From: Pedobacter sp.
Lineage (GTDB): Bacteria > Desulfobacterota > Desulfuromonadia > Desulfuromonadales > Syntrophotaleaceae
Direction of reading: 5' to 3'
Length of the DNA: 64,000 nucleotides
Assembly: GCA_050253415.1 (NCBI GenBank)
Contig: JBFWJC010000002.1
Location: 160,001-224,000 of the forward strand
The position numbers and the translations under genes were made by a program. Below are positions 46,749 through 59,020 of this stretch, piece by piece; position 1 is the stretch's first letter, and each line of letters begins with the position of its first letter. The notes beneath the pieces are model-generated. The model ran no database searches and had not been told where the DNA came from. It saw only the letters and a list, made by a program, of their open reading frames with translations.

Positions 46749-48143
46749 ATGAAACACGAAAAGCTTGCCGCTGTCATTCTGGCCGCTGGTAAAGGTACGC
46801 GCATGAAATCGGCACAGCCCAAGGTCGTACATCCGATAGCGGGACGGCCGATGGTGACTTTTCCCGTGGACCGGGCCCGGCAGCTCGGCTGTCAGCCGAC
46901 GGTGCTGGTGGTCGGGCACGGCGCGGAGACAGTCCAGTCCCTGTTGGCCGACAGTCCGGTGAGCTTTGCGGTGCAATCCGAGCAACTGGGCACCGGCCAT
47001 GCCTTGCTGTGTGCCCGCGAGGCGCTGCAGGGGTTTTCCGGTACCTTGTTGCTATTGTGCGGGGATGTGCCGTTGCTGCGCGACGAAACTCTGGAACAAC
47101 TGATCGAGGCGCACGAAAAAAACCGTGCGGCGGTGACCGTGCTGACGGCGGAATTGGCGAATCCTTTCGGATACGGCCGGGTGTTGCGCCAGGGGGACGA
47201 AGTCCTCGGCATTGTCGAGCAAAAAGATGCCACTGTCGAGCAACAAGCGATTCGAGAGATCAATACCGGCATCTATGCCTTCGAGGCACCGTTCGTGTTC
47301 GAGGCGCTGGATGGTGTTGGCTGCGACAATGCGCAGCGTGAATATTACCTGACCGACGTGCTGGCCGCGGCGCGCACCGCCGGGCGCCGGGTCGGTGCTG
47401 TGGTGTTGGCGGACGCCGACGAAGCCATGGGGATCAACGATCGGGTGCAACTGGCACAGGCCTCGGCAGTCATGCGGCGCCGCATCAACGAAGGTCTCAT
47501 GCGCGCCGGTGTTACCCTGATTGACCCCGAACAGACCTATATCGAACCGCAGGTGGAAATCGGAACCGATACCGTCGTTTACCCCGGTGTTTGCCTGGGC
47601 GGCGCCACGCGCATCGGCAGCGGCTGCCTCATCGAGGCGCAGGTGAGCATCCGCGATTGCCAGCTGGACGATAACATTCACGTCAAAGCCGGTTCGGTGC
47701 TGGAAGGTTCCCAGGTCGGGTCGGAGACCGCCATCGGTCCCATGGCGCATCTGCGCCCCGGTACCGTGCTGGCCGGGCACAACAAGATCGGCAACTTTGT
47801 CGAAACCAAAAAGTCCCACATCGGCCTGGGCTCCAAAGCCAGCCACCTGACCTATATCGGCGATGCCGAGCTGGGCGCCAACGTCAACATCGGTTGCGGG
47901 ACCATCACCTGCAACTACGATGGCGTCAGCAAGCACAAGACCATCATCGAGGACGACGTTTTCGTTGGCAGCGACACCCAGTTCGTGGCGCCGGTGCGCA
48001 TCGGCCGCAACAGCCTGATCGGTGCCGGTTCGACCATCACCAAGGATGTGCCGGCCAACGCCCTGGCCCTGTCCCGCAGCCAGCAGAAAGTGGTTGCGGA
48101 CTGGCGCTTGCGGCACGATCCCAAGTGCAAGAATAAAGACTGA
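46749..48143 (+). CDS. glmU: Bifunctional UDP-GlcNAc pyrophosphorylase / glucosamine-1-P acetyltransferase
   Basis: LAAGKGTRMKS, EQLGTGHA, EYYLTD, hexapeptide repeats, CNYDG. Confidence 0.97.
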   Translation: MKHEKLAAVILAAGKGTRMKSAQPKVVHPIAGRPMVTFPVDRARQLGCQPTVLVVGHGAETVQSLLADSPVSFAVQSEQLGTGHALLCAREALQGFSGTLLLLCGDVPLLRDETLEQLIEAHEKNRAAVTVLTAELANPFGYGRVLRQGDEVLGIVEQKDATVEQQAIREINTGIYAFEAPFVFEALDGVGCDNAQREYYLTDVLAAARTAGRRVGAVVLADADEAMGINDRVQLAQASAVMRRRINEGLMRAGVTLIDPEQTYIEPQVEIGTDTVVYPGVCLGGATRIGSGCLIEAQVSIRDCQLDDNIHVKAGSVLEGSQVGSETAIGPMAHLRPGTVLAGHNKIGNFVETKKSHIGLGSKASHLTYIGDAELGANVNIGCGTITCNYDGVSKHKTIIEDDVFVGSDTQFVAPVRIGRNSLIGAGSTITKDVPANALALSRSQQKVVADWRLRHDPKCKNKD

Positions 48144-48205
48144 TGCACCAGGGTCCGGCGTCCGGCCGGGCCTTTTTGCTTTGAGATAACATAGAGGAAT
48201 CTGCC

Positions 48206-50035
<1,830 letters not shown>

Positions 50036-50052
50036 TCCCGGTTCCAGATAAA

Positions 50053-50095
50053 AACAAAAGGCCCGCCTGGTAACAGGGCGGGCCTTTTGTTTTTT
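50053..50095. terminator. Bidirectional terminator after glmS
   Basis: AAACAAAAGGCCCGCC...GGCGGGCCTTTTGTTT. Confidence 0.85.
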
Positions 50096-50128
50096 GGGAC
50101 AATTTTCTGCTATCCCAGCATGTGAAAA

Positions 50129-51694
50129 CTAGTTCTCGGTGTTTTGTACCAGAACATGCCATTTGGGACGCTGCCATGACGCGCGAAAAGCTTCCACATC
50201 CGATGCCGCGGCCACGGCTTCTTTTTCATGCCCATCCAGAAAAACAACCAGATCCATTTGCTGCCTGTCGGTACCGAAGCTCTTGTCAAACTGCCGGACA
50301 AACGCATTGGCCGGGGTGATCATCTGTCCCATGACATTTTCGAGGGGCAGATCAAGCCCTTGTTTTCTCTCTCCCGGCAAATACGATTTGACGACCAACT
50401 CGGTGCACACCAGGCTCTGATCGCTGGCGAAATCAAAGGCATAGTCATACGGGCGGGCATGATACCGCATGGCACGTACCACTGCTGCGGCCCGGTCCGC
50501 CTTGGATAATCGGGGTCTCAATACCGCCAGGGAATCGCAGGTGGCGGAGTAGTTTAACGAGGTTAGAGATACCCCCGCAGAGATAGCCTCGATGACTTGG
50601 GGAAGATGCCCGTCATGATAGGGGCGCTGCATACCGGCAAAGGCGCCGGGATAACGTTGATTGATAAGGGCGTCCAGGCTCTGTACCCCCATCTGATTAA
50701 GCCAGTCTTTGACCTGGGGGTCTTGTGAAAGCGCCAGGCGTTGCTCGGGGGTGCCGATATACAGGGCTGCATGCGTCCAGAATCCAGGGATGCCGACATT
50801 GGTCAGGTACCACTCCCGGCGTTCCAATAAAATATCCCCCGGCTCCAGGGTTTGAGACAGGTCATCGATCTGCTCCGGCTGGATCAGGTAGTGATGAGGC
50901 CGCCATACCTTGGTATGCCCCATCCATTCCGCTACCCCTTTTTGCACCGGCAACCAGCTTGCGTGTCCGAAATCCTTGACGATTGCCAAGCCGTTTTCCA
51001 AGGTCATCATGGGGCCGGGACCTTTGCCGGCATCAAAGATGACCTGACTGTCCTGTTTGGCCCATTGCTTCATACGGGAATCCCGAGGCGCGTCAAAAGT
51101 ATGGGCCACCGCTTCCAGCGCCGCATAGCGTCCGGCTTTGACCACATTCAGGTATTGGTACTTGAATTGCGCATAAACCCCCGGAGGCAAGCCCATGGCC
51201 GCATCGCCTTCATTCAGAATCGTGTCGACCATCGGATTTTGTTCCAGTATGTGGAGGATTTCCAGGGCGACGCGGTATTGGGTTAAAAAGGTGCCGCGCG
51301 CCAGATGGAAAGCAGACCTTCTTTCCCCTGCATCCTTCAATTGATAAAACCCCATGTATTTTTCCGCCAGAGCATCCAGCGCCAGATAGTTTTCCAGTAG
51401 CGGATACCACAGCGACAGGATCTGCCCGCGCATTTCCGGACGCAGCAACGTGGCGTCGTTTTCGGAACGGGGGCCAAACAGGTCGGATCGCTGGCGGATT
51501 TCATCTGCCAATCGAAAAAGATTGCCGCGCAAGCGTGTGAATGCTGCCAGATCCTGGTCGTAAAAGGAACGGATGGAGGCAACGGAGGGATGACGGTCGA
51601 CTTCGGCCATAACGGGGCTGTTGAGACCGGTAACCAAAAATACAGCCAGCAGCACAATGGCCATTTTCCGGAAGATTATTGGTAAGGAGTGCAT
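50129..51694 (-). CDS. Secreted YiiX/YebB-like permuted papain-family protein
   Basis: LEPGDILL, PGFWTHAALY, RPYDYAF, LVCTELV; start uncertain. Confidence 0.75.
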   Translation of the reverse strand: MHSLPIIFRKMAIVLLAVFLVTGLNSPVMAEVDRHPSVASIRSFYDQDLAAFTRLRGNLFRLADEIRQRSDLFGPRSENDATLLRPEMRGQILSLWYPLLENYLALDALAEKYMGFYQLKDAGERRSAFHLARGTFLTQYRVALEILHILEQNPMVDTILNEGDAAMGLPPGVYAQFKYQYLNVVKAGRYAALEAVAHTFDAPRDSRMKQWAKQDSQVIFDAGKGPGPMMTLENGLAIVKDFGHASWLPVQKGVAEWMGHTKVWRPHHYLIQPEQIDDLSQTLEPGDILLERREWYLTNVGIPGFWTHAALYIGTPEQRLALSQDPQVKDWLNQMGVQSLDALINQRYPGAFAGMQRPYHDGHLPQVIEAISAGVSLTSLNYSATCDSLAVLRPRLSKADRAAAVVRAMRYHARPYDYAFDFASDQSLVCTELVVKSYLPGERKQGLDLPLENVMGQMITPANAFVRQFDKSFGTDRQQMDLVVFLDGHEKEAVAAASDVEAFRASWQRPKWHVLVQNTEN

Positions 51695-52026
51695 GATTTC
51701 GTCTGCTTTCTGAAAATAGATTTTGCGCGTATGCATCTCATACCCGGTGCTGGCCTTTGCTTGCGTCGGGCATATTGAAATGATCGCAAAAGTAAAATTT
51801 AAGTAGATTCTTATGTAGCCCGCCGAGAGGGAACTTGTCAAGAATAGGGGGGGTCTAAGTGGAGTTATTTAAAGGATGGAAAGAACTATGTGTTAGAAAT
51901 CTTATCGTTGTTTAAAGTTCCGATAATTGTACGCGGAGGATTTTGTAAACAACGCGTCAATTTCTTACATATAAGTATCTGTCAGACTTTCGGAGAGATC
52001 CGGGCGTACAGATATTCAGCAACATT

Positions 52027-52707
52027 TCAATCGTTCTTCAGGCCAATCGGTTTAACGCACTCCTCTCCCTCATTTCCTGCTTTATTGACGTAATTAGAAA
52101 CAGGGTGCATGATTAGAATGCCTGCCCCCGCAGGATGCATCAAGGTCCGCAATCGTTCGATGTTTTGCTCTAGGGGGTCGAGCCAGACACCAAAATCTTC
52201 CCGCTCCAAAATGACGGGCATCCTGTCGTGCAACTTTGCCAGCGGCCCTGATGCTTCTGTGGTCAAAATTGTGCACGACTCAATAACAGTTTTTCCCTCC
52301 TTGTCTTCCCAGTGTTCCCATAAGCCAGCAAGGGCCATCGGCTTGTGATTGGACCGACAGATAAAAAACGGCTGCTTGGTTCCATCCTTCTTATCCCATT
52401 CATAAAAACCCGATGCGGGAATCAGGCACCGCCGCCTACGGAGTGCGGCACGGAAGGAAGGAGTTTTGTGGGCCGTTTCGGAGCGGGCATTGATAGTGCG
52501 ATAGCCTATCTTCGGATTGTCGGCCCAGAAAGGGATAAGTCCCCAGTGAAGAGGGACTAGCTGACGCTGGCCTTCTTCAATGCGCACTGCTGCAACATCC
52601 TGAGAGGGTGCGATATTGTATCGAGGCTCCAGGGGAAAAACTTTGCCCAAGTCGAAGTGCTCCCGAAGATCCTTGGATGAGAATGTCTGTGAAAAACGTC
52701 CACACAT
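52027..52707 (-). CDS. SOS response-associated peptidase (SRAP/YedK)
   Basis: MCGRF, RYNIAPSQ, INARSET, HDRMPVIL. Confidence 0.93.
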   Translation of the reverse strand: MCGRFSQTFSSKDLREHFDLGKVFPLEPRYNIAPSQDVAAVRIEEGQRQLVPLHWGLIPFWADNPKIGYRTINARSETAHKTPSFRAALRRRRCLIPASGFYEWDKKDGTKQPFFICRSNHKPMALAGLWEHWEDKEGKTVIESCTILTTEASGPLAKLHDRMPVILEREDFGVWLDPLEQNIERLRTLMHPAGAGILIMHPVSNYVNKAGNEGEECVKPIGLKND

Positions 52708-52831
52708 GGCTATAGTCTATCATTTTCAGATAGACACCGAGATCTGAAATTGACTGAGTGGCGGTTTTCTTGCAGTCTGGAAACCATATTCTCAATTTTA
52801 TTCCAGCCTGGCTTTTTAAAGGAACTCAGCA

Positions 52832-53266
52832 ATGAAAACCGCCCATTCGTTAGCGTTTGCCCTTATTTTATTTTTTACCACCTCTGCCTTGGCCGCCCCC
52901 AAAATCTATGGTGACGCCGTGGTAGCCGAAATCACCAGCATTTATGACGGAGACACGTTCAGGGCCAACCTGCAAGGCTACCCGCCCATAGTCGGCGAAC
53001 GAATCGGTATCCGAATCAATGGCATTGACACGCCAGAAATGAGGGACAACCGAACGGCGATAAAGGCCTTGGCCAGGAAAGCGAAACAGTACACTGTTCA
53101 GCGGCTGCGCGAAGGCCGACAGATCGTCTTGCGGAACATGAAGCGCGGGAAGTATTTCCGGATTGTAGCTGATGTTTATGTTGACGGTAGCAACCTAGGT
53201 CAGGAATTGGTCAGTGCGGGATTGGCTAAACCATATGATGGTGGCAGCAAGCCGAAGTGGGAGTAA
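52832..53266 (+). CDS. Thermonuclease (SNase) family protein
   Basis: Signal peptide; YDGDTF, IRINGIDTPE, GKYFRIVA. Confidence 0.88.
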   Translation: MKTAHSLAFALILFFTTSALAAPKIYGDAVVAEITSIYDGDTFRANLQGYPPIVGERIGIRINGIDTPEMRDNRTAIKALARKAKQYTVQRLREGRQIVLRNMKRGKYFRIVADVYVDGSNLGQELVSAGLAKPYDGGSKPKWE

Positions 53267-53569
53267 CTGATGGGTGTTTCTCACATTGCAGGGGATGTAA
53301 GAACCGCTGAAAAAGAACCGGCAACCAGCTCGAAAACAATCTGAGATAAAAAATGAGACAGTACTTCTATAGATTTGGTGTGCCTACAAAACTAGGGGCT
53401 ATTCCAACATCTGATCCGCGAGCAACAAACAGGCGGTATCCTGTATTGTTATCCAAAGCCTCCCCCCTATCGCTAATGTATTATCACCTGCAAAGTGAAA
53501 AAAGTTGCTGGACAGCGTGCCGCGGCAACCTTCTCATTCAGGTAGTTTTCTTTGAAAGAAACATATTTT

Positions 53570-55618
53570 TTAACGATTGTTGGGTGGAATGATGGCGTAC
53601 TCCTTCATCTTGCGGTATATGGTCGACCTGCTAAGGCCAATCTCCTTTTCCGCTTTGGAGATCTGCCACTTGTGTCTCTGCAGAGCTCCAATTATCACCT
53701 GGCGTTCGGCCTGTTTCACAGTACTCAGCTCGGAAATAATATCGTCCGCAACCGGCTTTGCCTCACTTGGGGGTAATTCGGTCACGACCTCTTCGATTAT
53801 AGCAGGCAGGGCCTGTTGATCAGGAACTTCCTCGGAGGAAACAACGATAATGTCGGGGGGCAGGTCAGCATAGGTAATGATGTTGTCATTACAAACCGCC
53901 AGAGCATATCGCATGGCATTGCGCAGTTGGCGGATATTGCCAGGCCAGGAATAGTTAACCAAAAACTGTATGGCGGCTTTGCTGATGGAAACGTCACCAC
54001 CCTGATCTTCCTCCTCAATAGTCAAGACATTTTTAATCAGCAGAGCTATATCCGAACGATGGCGCAAAGGAGGTAGTTCAAAGGAGATGCCATTAAGGCG
54101 ATAATAGAGGTCTTCGCGGAAAGTGCCGCTGGCCACCATGTCGAAGATATTGCGGTGTGTAGCACATATCACGTGTAAATTGACGGGAATCGGTGTCTCT
54201 CCACCTAATGGCATAACCTCGCGTTCCGCAAGCACTCGCAACAAGCGCGGTTGCAGACTGGCCGGCATATCGCCAATTTCATCGAGGAACAGAGTGCCGC
54301 CGTCCGCTTGCAGGATCTTGCCACGCATCCCCTTGCTGCGCGCGCCTGTAAAAGCCCCTTCCTTGTACCCGAACAGCTCACTTTCGATCAGTGACTCGGG
54401 GATCGATGCGCAGTTTACCGCGACAAATGGTTTTTTGGCCCGATGACTGGCGTTATGAATGGCCTTGGCAAACAGTTCCTTACCGCATCCTGTTTCGCCA
54501 TTCAGCAAAATCGGGATTGGCTTGTTCATGACCCGCTTCATACATTCCACCGCTATGCGGAGCTTGGGTTCCTCGCCGGCAAGATAATCGAGAGACACAG
54601 GTTCGCCCTGCCGGGGAATACGCCTTTTGGGCTGAGCCCTTTCTCTGACCTGGCGAGCAGGTCTCACCGGAATAGCCTGCGGACAGCGCAGAGAGACGAA
54701 CATCTCCCGCCCCGTTCTCCGAGTATGGATCGGCAGAAACAAACTGGAATGGGCAGCCTTTTCCTGCAGCCTTTCAAAATCGACATCAAAAACTTCATCA
54801 ATCTGTTGCCCCACCAGGCTACCGTCGACCTCCCGAGCCAAAGTTCTGTCTGCGACATGATCGACATTCAGCACTCGCCCGCTGCCGTCCAAAGTAATAA
54901 AACAATCCCCCCCCGTCACTTCAGCAAGCCGCCGTTCAAAGCTCAGCTTGAGAACCCATTGACCCTCGAACTGTCTGAGAAAATAGGCCCTTTCGATCAT
55001 ACGGGCTGTTTGCGTAACAAAATGCAGCGCGAGATATTGACTGTTTTTGGAGTTCGGAGAGCAAAGGGCTGTAACGTCTATCGAGCCCAGGGTTTTGCCA
55101 TTAGGACCGATGATCGGGGAGGTGGAGCAGGTCAAGTTCGCATACCTATACCGGAAATGCTCGCCATGGTGAACTGTGAAAGGTCTCTGTTCGACAATTG
55201 CCAAGCCGATACCGTTGGTTCCCTCATGCTGCTCATCCCAGACCGCGCCGAGCCAGGAGAGCCCAGTCCTTTTCCATTCCTCAACTTGAGGGTCGATGCC
55301 CCGAATATCTAAACTTACACCGTTGGCATCAGTCAAAATGGTCGCGTACCCGAGATCCTTTACTCGGCCATAGAGATGCTGTGCTCCAACCTTGGCGATA
55401 GGCAGCAAACCTTCTAAGGGCTGGGTATATTCTCGCAATTCTCTAGAGGTGAGGACTTGGACCTGCCTGTTCACGCTTGGATCGATACCATAGTGATGCA
55501 GACAGCGTTCCCAGGAAGTGGCAATAGGCGTTTCGTCCTTCTCCCCGCTAATCTTCCGATTGCCGGAGACACGGGAGATAATCCTTTCAACGTGGCTACG
55601 CACATGCTGTTCAGCCAT
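53570..55618 (-). CDS. GAF-domain sigma-54-dependent activator (AcoR-like)
   Basis: SWERC, GTNGIG, GETGCGKE, ESELFGY, GAFTGA, Fis HTH. Confidence 0.92.
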   Translation of the reverse strand: MAEQHVRSHVERIISRVSGNRKISGEKDETPIATSWERCLHHYGIDPSVNRQVQVLTSRELREYTQPLEGLLPIAKVGAQHLYGRVKDLGYATILTDANGVSLDIRGIDPQVEEWKRTGLSWLGAVWDEQHEGTNGIGLAIVEQRPFTVHHGEHFRYRYANLTCSTSPIIGPNGKTLGSIDVTALCSPNSKNSQYLALHFVTQTARMIERAYFLRQFEGQWVLKLSFERRLAEVTGGDCFITLDGSGRVLNVDHVADRTLAREVDGSLVGQQIDEVFDVDFERLQEKAAHSSLFLPIHTRRTGREMFVSLRCPQAIPVRPARQVRERAQPKRRIPRQGEPVSLDYLAGEEPKLRIAVECMKRVMNKPIPILLNGETGCGKELFAKAIHNASHRAKKPFVAVNCASIPESLIESELFGYKEGAFTGARSKGMRGKILQADGGTLFLDEIGDMPASLQPRLLRVLAEREVMPLGGETPIPVNLHVICATHRNIFDMVASGTFREDLYYRLNGISFELPPLRHRSDIALLIKNVLTIEEEDQGGDVSISKAAIQFLVNYSWPGNIRQLRNAMRYALAVCNDNIITYADLPPDIIVVSSEEVPDQQALPAIIEEVVTELPPSEAKPVADDIISELSTVKQAERQVIIGALQRHKWQISKAEKEIGLSRSTIYRKMKEYAIIPPNNR

Positions 55619-55959
55619 GCTGCCACCTCCTAGTGATGTTATCGACTGATTGAAATCTAACTGGTACATCTCACCTACACAAGTTCATTTATATTAGCAA
55701 AATAAGCGGTATATTCGCAACTTGAGGCACAATCTATAAAACGAATGTATGGACACCGACTTACTAGATACTCCCATTCTGTCGATGGTATCACCTTGCA
55801 AAATCAGCTTGGGAACGGTTGTTATTATAGCCGTGGCGGCGAATCGAAAAGGGCATAGACATTCACAATCTGGTTTTTCATCAAATTAAACTTGTTTAAA
55901 CTCTGCTAAGCAAAACCCCTGGCAGCATGGATGGTCTTGCCATAGTTTGGTTTTATCAC

Positions 55960-56330
55960 CTACAGAGCGGGCACCTTTTCGCAGAGGAACACGCCCTTGG
56001 TGTTGATGACAGAGAGCTGACCCCAGCCTCGGCGGTAGTCTCTGCCATCAGGTTGGTATTGGCTATACTGGTGTTGGCTACCATTATGTCCAACTGACCT
56101 TACCAGGCACGGCTTTATCAACCAGTCCCTGGCAGTTAGCTTCCTTGGTGACATCGCAAGGCATTGTAATGCAGTTGACGCCCTGCGCATCGACAGTTGC
56201 TTTGGCGTCCGCCATATCGAGAACATTACCGATGATGGCGGCACCGTCTTTGGCCAGCCTGGTAGCAATACCGAAGCCGGTGCCGCGACTACCATCGGTA
56301 ACAATTGCAACTTTGCCTGCCAATTTACCT
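55960..56330 (-). pseudogene. Degraded short-chain dehydrogenase (SDR)
   Basis: GKVAIVTDGSRGTG.GIA, CDVTKE, then INTKGVFLC in another frame; truncated. Confidence 0.7.
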
Positions 56331-56442
56331 TTCTTTCATAAGGTAGAGGCAATCTTTCCAAAATGGTGTCATGCCAGACGGAACCTGGTGCATCCGCAAC
56401 ATGAAATCTTTCTTCATTGCAGTCTGCGGAATTCAGTTCTTT

Positions 56443-56931
56443 CTACGATTCCGGATATATAGCCAAAGGCTCAGGCCATTCGAAATCCGGTACAGGTTTG
56501 TAAATTTCAGCGATAAGGTTAAGATCTTTTTGCGAGTCGAGATAGGTATAGGTCAAACCTTCCCAATCACCGCCCTGCAAAACAGGAAGGCCTTTGCCCT
56601 CATAGAACTTAACCGCTTCTTCATAATTGTCGGTACCAAAGGCGCAATGATGTAGACCTTCTCCCTTGTCTTTCAAAAATTCAGCGTAAATGCTTTTGTC
56701 GTCTTTCGGCTCGATCAGTTCCCACTGAACACCTCCGATATCGCACAAGGCGAGTCGCATGGCATAATCGACCTTCTCGCCGCGAATAATCATGTTACTC
56801 ACGGTATTCGGATTGAATTCGTAGATTTTCCAGGGGCCGACACCATACTTGTCTGCCCATAATTTTACGGCCTCGTCGCAATCTTTTACTACCATGGCAA
56901 CCTGAAGTACTTTGTTGAACAAGGGTTTCAT
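56443..56931 (-). CDS. VOC/glyoxalase-family protein
   Basis: QVAMVVKD, WELIEP, FLKDKGEGLHH. Confidence 0.85.
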   Translation of the reverse strand: MKPLFNKVLQVAMVVKDCDEAVKLWADKYGVGPWKIYEFNPNTVSNMIIRGEKVDYAMRLALCDIGGVQWELIEPKDDKSIYAEFLKDKGEGLHHCAFGTDNYEEAVKFYEGKGLPVLQGGDWEGLTYTYLDSQKDLNLIAEIYKPVPDFEWPEPLAIYPES

Positions 56932-57402
56932 AACAAACTCCCTTATACCGTTAGATTTTTAAATTTTGAGTTCAATACGAATAATCCAGTTATCCCATAA
57001 AAAGAGCCTGTAGCCACTTTCCATCACAGGCCGAGTAGGCATTGAACCGGACCATGCCGACAGCGGCTTTCCCCTTCACCGCCAGAACAATGTGAACGGT
57101 GGTGACATCACCGAAGCCGCTGCACAATTCAAAGGCCAACAATCCTGTACAAAAGGCACCTCCTCTCCTGGTTTCGCACCAACTTGTTTAAAAACCTTAA
57201 ACACTCTCAGGTCACGCCAATTTGCAAAATCAATCAAACCTACACCGAGATAAATCCAAACGGCTTGTGACCTCCCTTTGGACCAGTTTGTGTTGTCTCC
57301 TTTCCTTGCGGATCTCTCCGGAAAAGCTTTTTGAGTTTCCGCGATAAATTTTTCCTGCCGCGATAGTATTTCAAACAGTATTTTATTTGTGCTTTACATA
57401 AG

Positions 57403-57418
57403 GCAATCCCCGTACCAA
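57403..57418 (-). promoter_or_regulatory. Putative sigma-54 promoter
   Basis: Minus strand TTGGTACGGGGATTGC = GG-N10-GC, pointing to the VOC/SDR genes near a sigma-54 activator gene. Confidence 0.6.
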
Positions 57419-57843
57419 GGAGCTATTTATTATTTTTGTTGCAGAAAAAAACATCTAACGCCTTGTGCTGACGCATTTACTTGATTATTCATTGACGCCA
57501 ATATGCGATGTTTTGGCACATACGCTTTAAGAGACGAAGTTTTTTTAATGTCAATTTGACAAAATTGTCCCATGGGGAGAATCCCTCTCCTGGCACCAAA
57601 TTTGGTACAGAGACAGAGGATCTTTTGCGAGACCGGACAATAAACTGGAAGTTTTAAATTATCTTTTGATTATTTGAAGGAGCGATCCGGCGGGAGAAAA
57701 ATGTATAAATGACTGGAAGTAGACAAATGGGCGGGCGGGGATAGGTGAATATTTTGACGCAGGGGACTATCCGTTTAATCTATGGCATGGAAGGCAGTGC
57801 AAGAACTCTCTTTCAGTCTGAGCAGGGAAAGCATCTCAGACAT

Positions 57844-58161
57844 TGTTATAGCGGTCCTGGTTTTCTTGGACATTGATTTGGGGTAAAGTCCCCGTGTCCA
57901 AGGAGATTAATGATGACAACAAACAACAAGAACGAAACTGTCATAGGGCCTTTGGCCGAAGGACAGAGCTGGAGTGCTGTCCGCAAGCGTGAAGTGGTGC
58001 TGCGCATGTTGCGAGGCGAATCCGTTGATGCCTTGTCCCACGAATTGAATATCGAAATCTACCGTCTGGAGGAATGGCGGGAGAAAGCGTTAACCGGCAT
58101 CGATGACTCGCTGAAAAAACAGTGCCATTCGGGACACTCCCCATATTTCCAAAAATCATGA
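57844..58161 (+). mobile_element. Truncated insertion sequence remnant (transposase OrfA fragment)
   Basis: WSAVRKREVVLRMLRGES...LEEWRE HTH; no catalytic ORF follows. Confidence 0.6.
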
Positions 58162-58705
58162 TTACCAGAACATCGAACGGCCCAACCTGTTTCCCATAGG
58201 TTGGGCCGTCTTATATTTTGTCTTAAATGAATTCTCGCTTTATCTAGGATTTATCAGTCATCAGGAAGCAAGTCTGATGGACTGGTTTCCGGCATTAACA
58301 GGGCGTTATTTTGGCAAAAATAAGACATCCCCACCAAATTGCTATCCCACTGTCCGATATCGAACCATTGCCATCTGCTGACGAAATCAACCAGAAGTAA
58401 CTTCATCTTCTCTCTGCCTCGGCGATCCTGCATCGGTGCCACAATCGTTTTGCTTCCCTGACCTGTTGGGGAAGGGTGAGTGCCGGACCATTCTAGTAAA
58501 CGACAGGGCTGGGGTGTTGTCCTTGTCGTCCATCATGAATTATTTGAATAATATAAAAAGTGTTGATTAATTTTGTGAGTAGATTGTAATGTTGTGTTCA
58601 GATCCTGACACCGCCTTACAGCAGCGCGCTTTCTGTCGGGAAAGGTTGGTTTATGGGTCGCCGGGAGAGGGTCTCCCGAACTTATACCTGCCAAAGGAGG
58701 CTTTT

Positions 58706-59020
58706 ATGGAAAGGAACATGCGTAAAAAAGTCAGTTCCACGCCAAGCATTGCCAAGTTGGCCCGCGATCTCGATAAGGTGCCTTGCAATCATCTGGTGGG
58801 GCGGGAGGTGATTGAACAGCAGATCGTTGATCTGGCCAGGGGTAAGATGGATGCAAGTTATTGTCAGAACTGGGAACGCTGCGATAACGGCTGGGGGAAG
58901 TGCACCCCTGACAACAAACTGTGGCTGGAGAAAATCCATGAATTGCGGGTCGACAAGGTGTTGACCGCCGCGGAAAAGAAGATACTCGCCAATCTGCAAA
59001 TGGATGCAAGGGTCAAATGA
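58706..59020 (+). CDS. 104-aa protein with a CQNWERCDNGWGKC motif, candidate radical SAM substrate
   Basis: RBS AAGGAGG; ATGA overlap with the rSAM gene. Confidence 0.65.
   Translation: MERNMRKKVSSTPSIAKLARDLDKVPCNHLVGREVIEQQIVDLARGKMDASYCQNWERCDNGWGKCTPDNKLWLEKIHELRVDKVLTAAEKKILANLQMDARVK

Noticed and set aside
50036..50130. Tn7-like element at the glmS attTn7 site
   Set aside because: The terminator follows glmS directly; no Tn7 end repeats or tns genes are seen.
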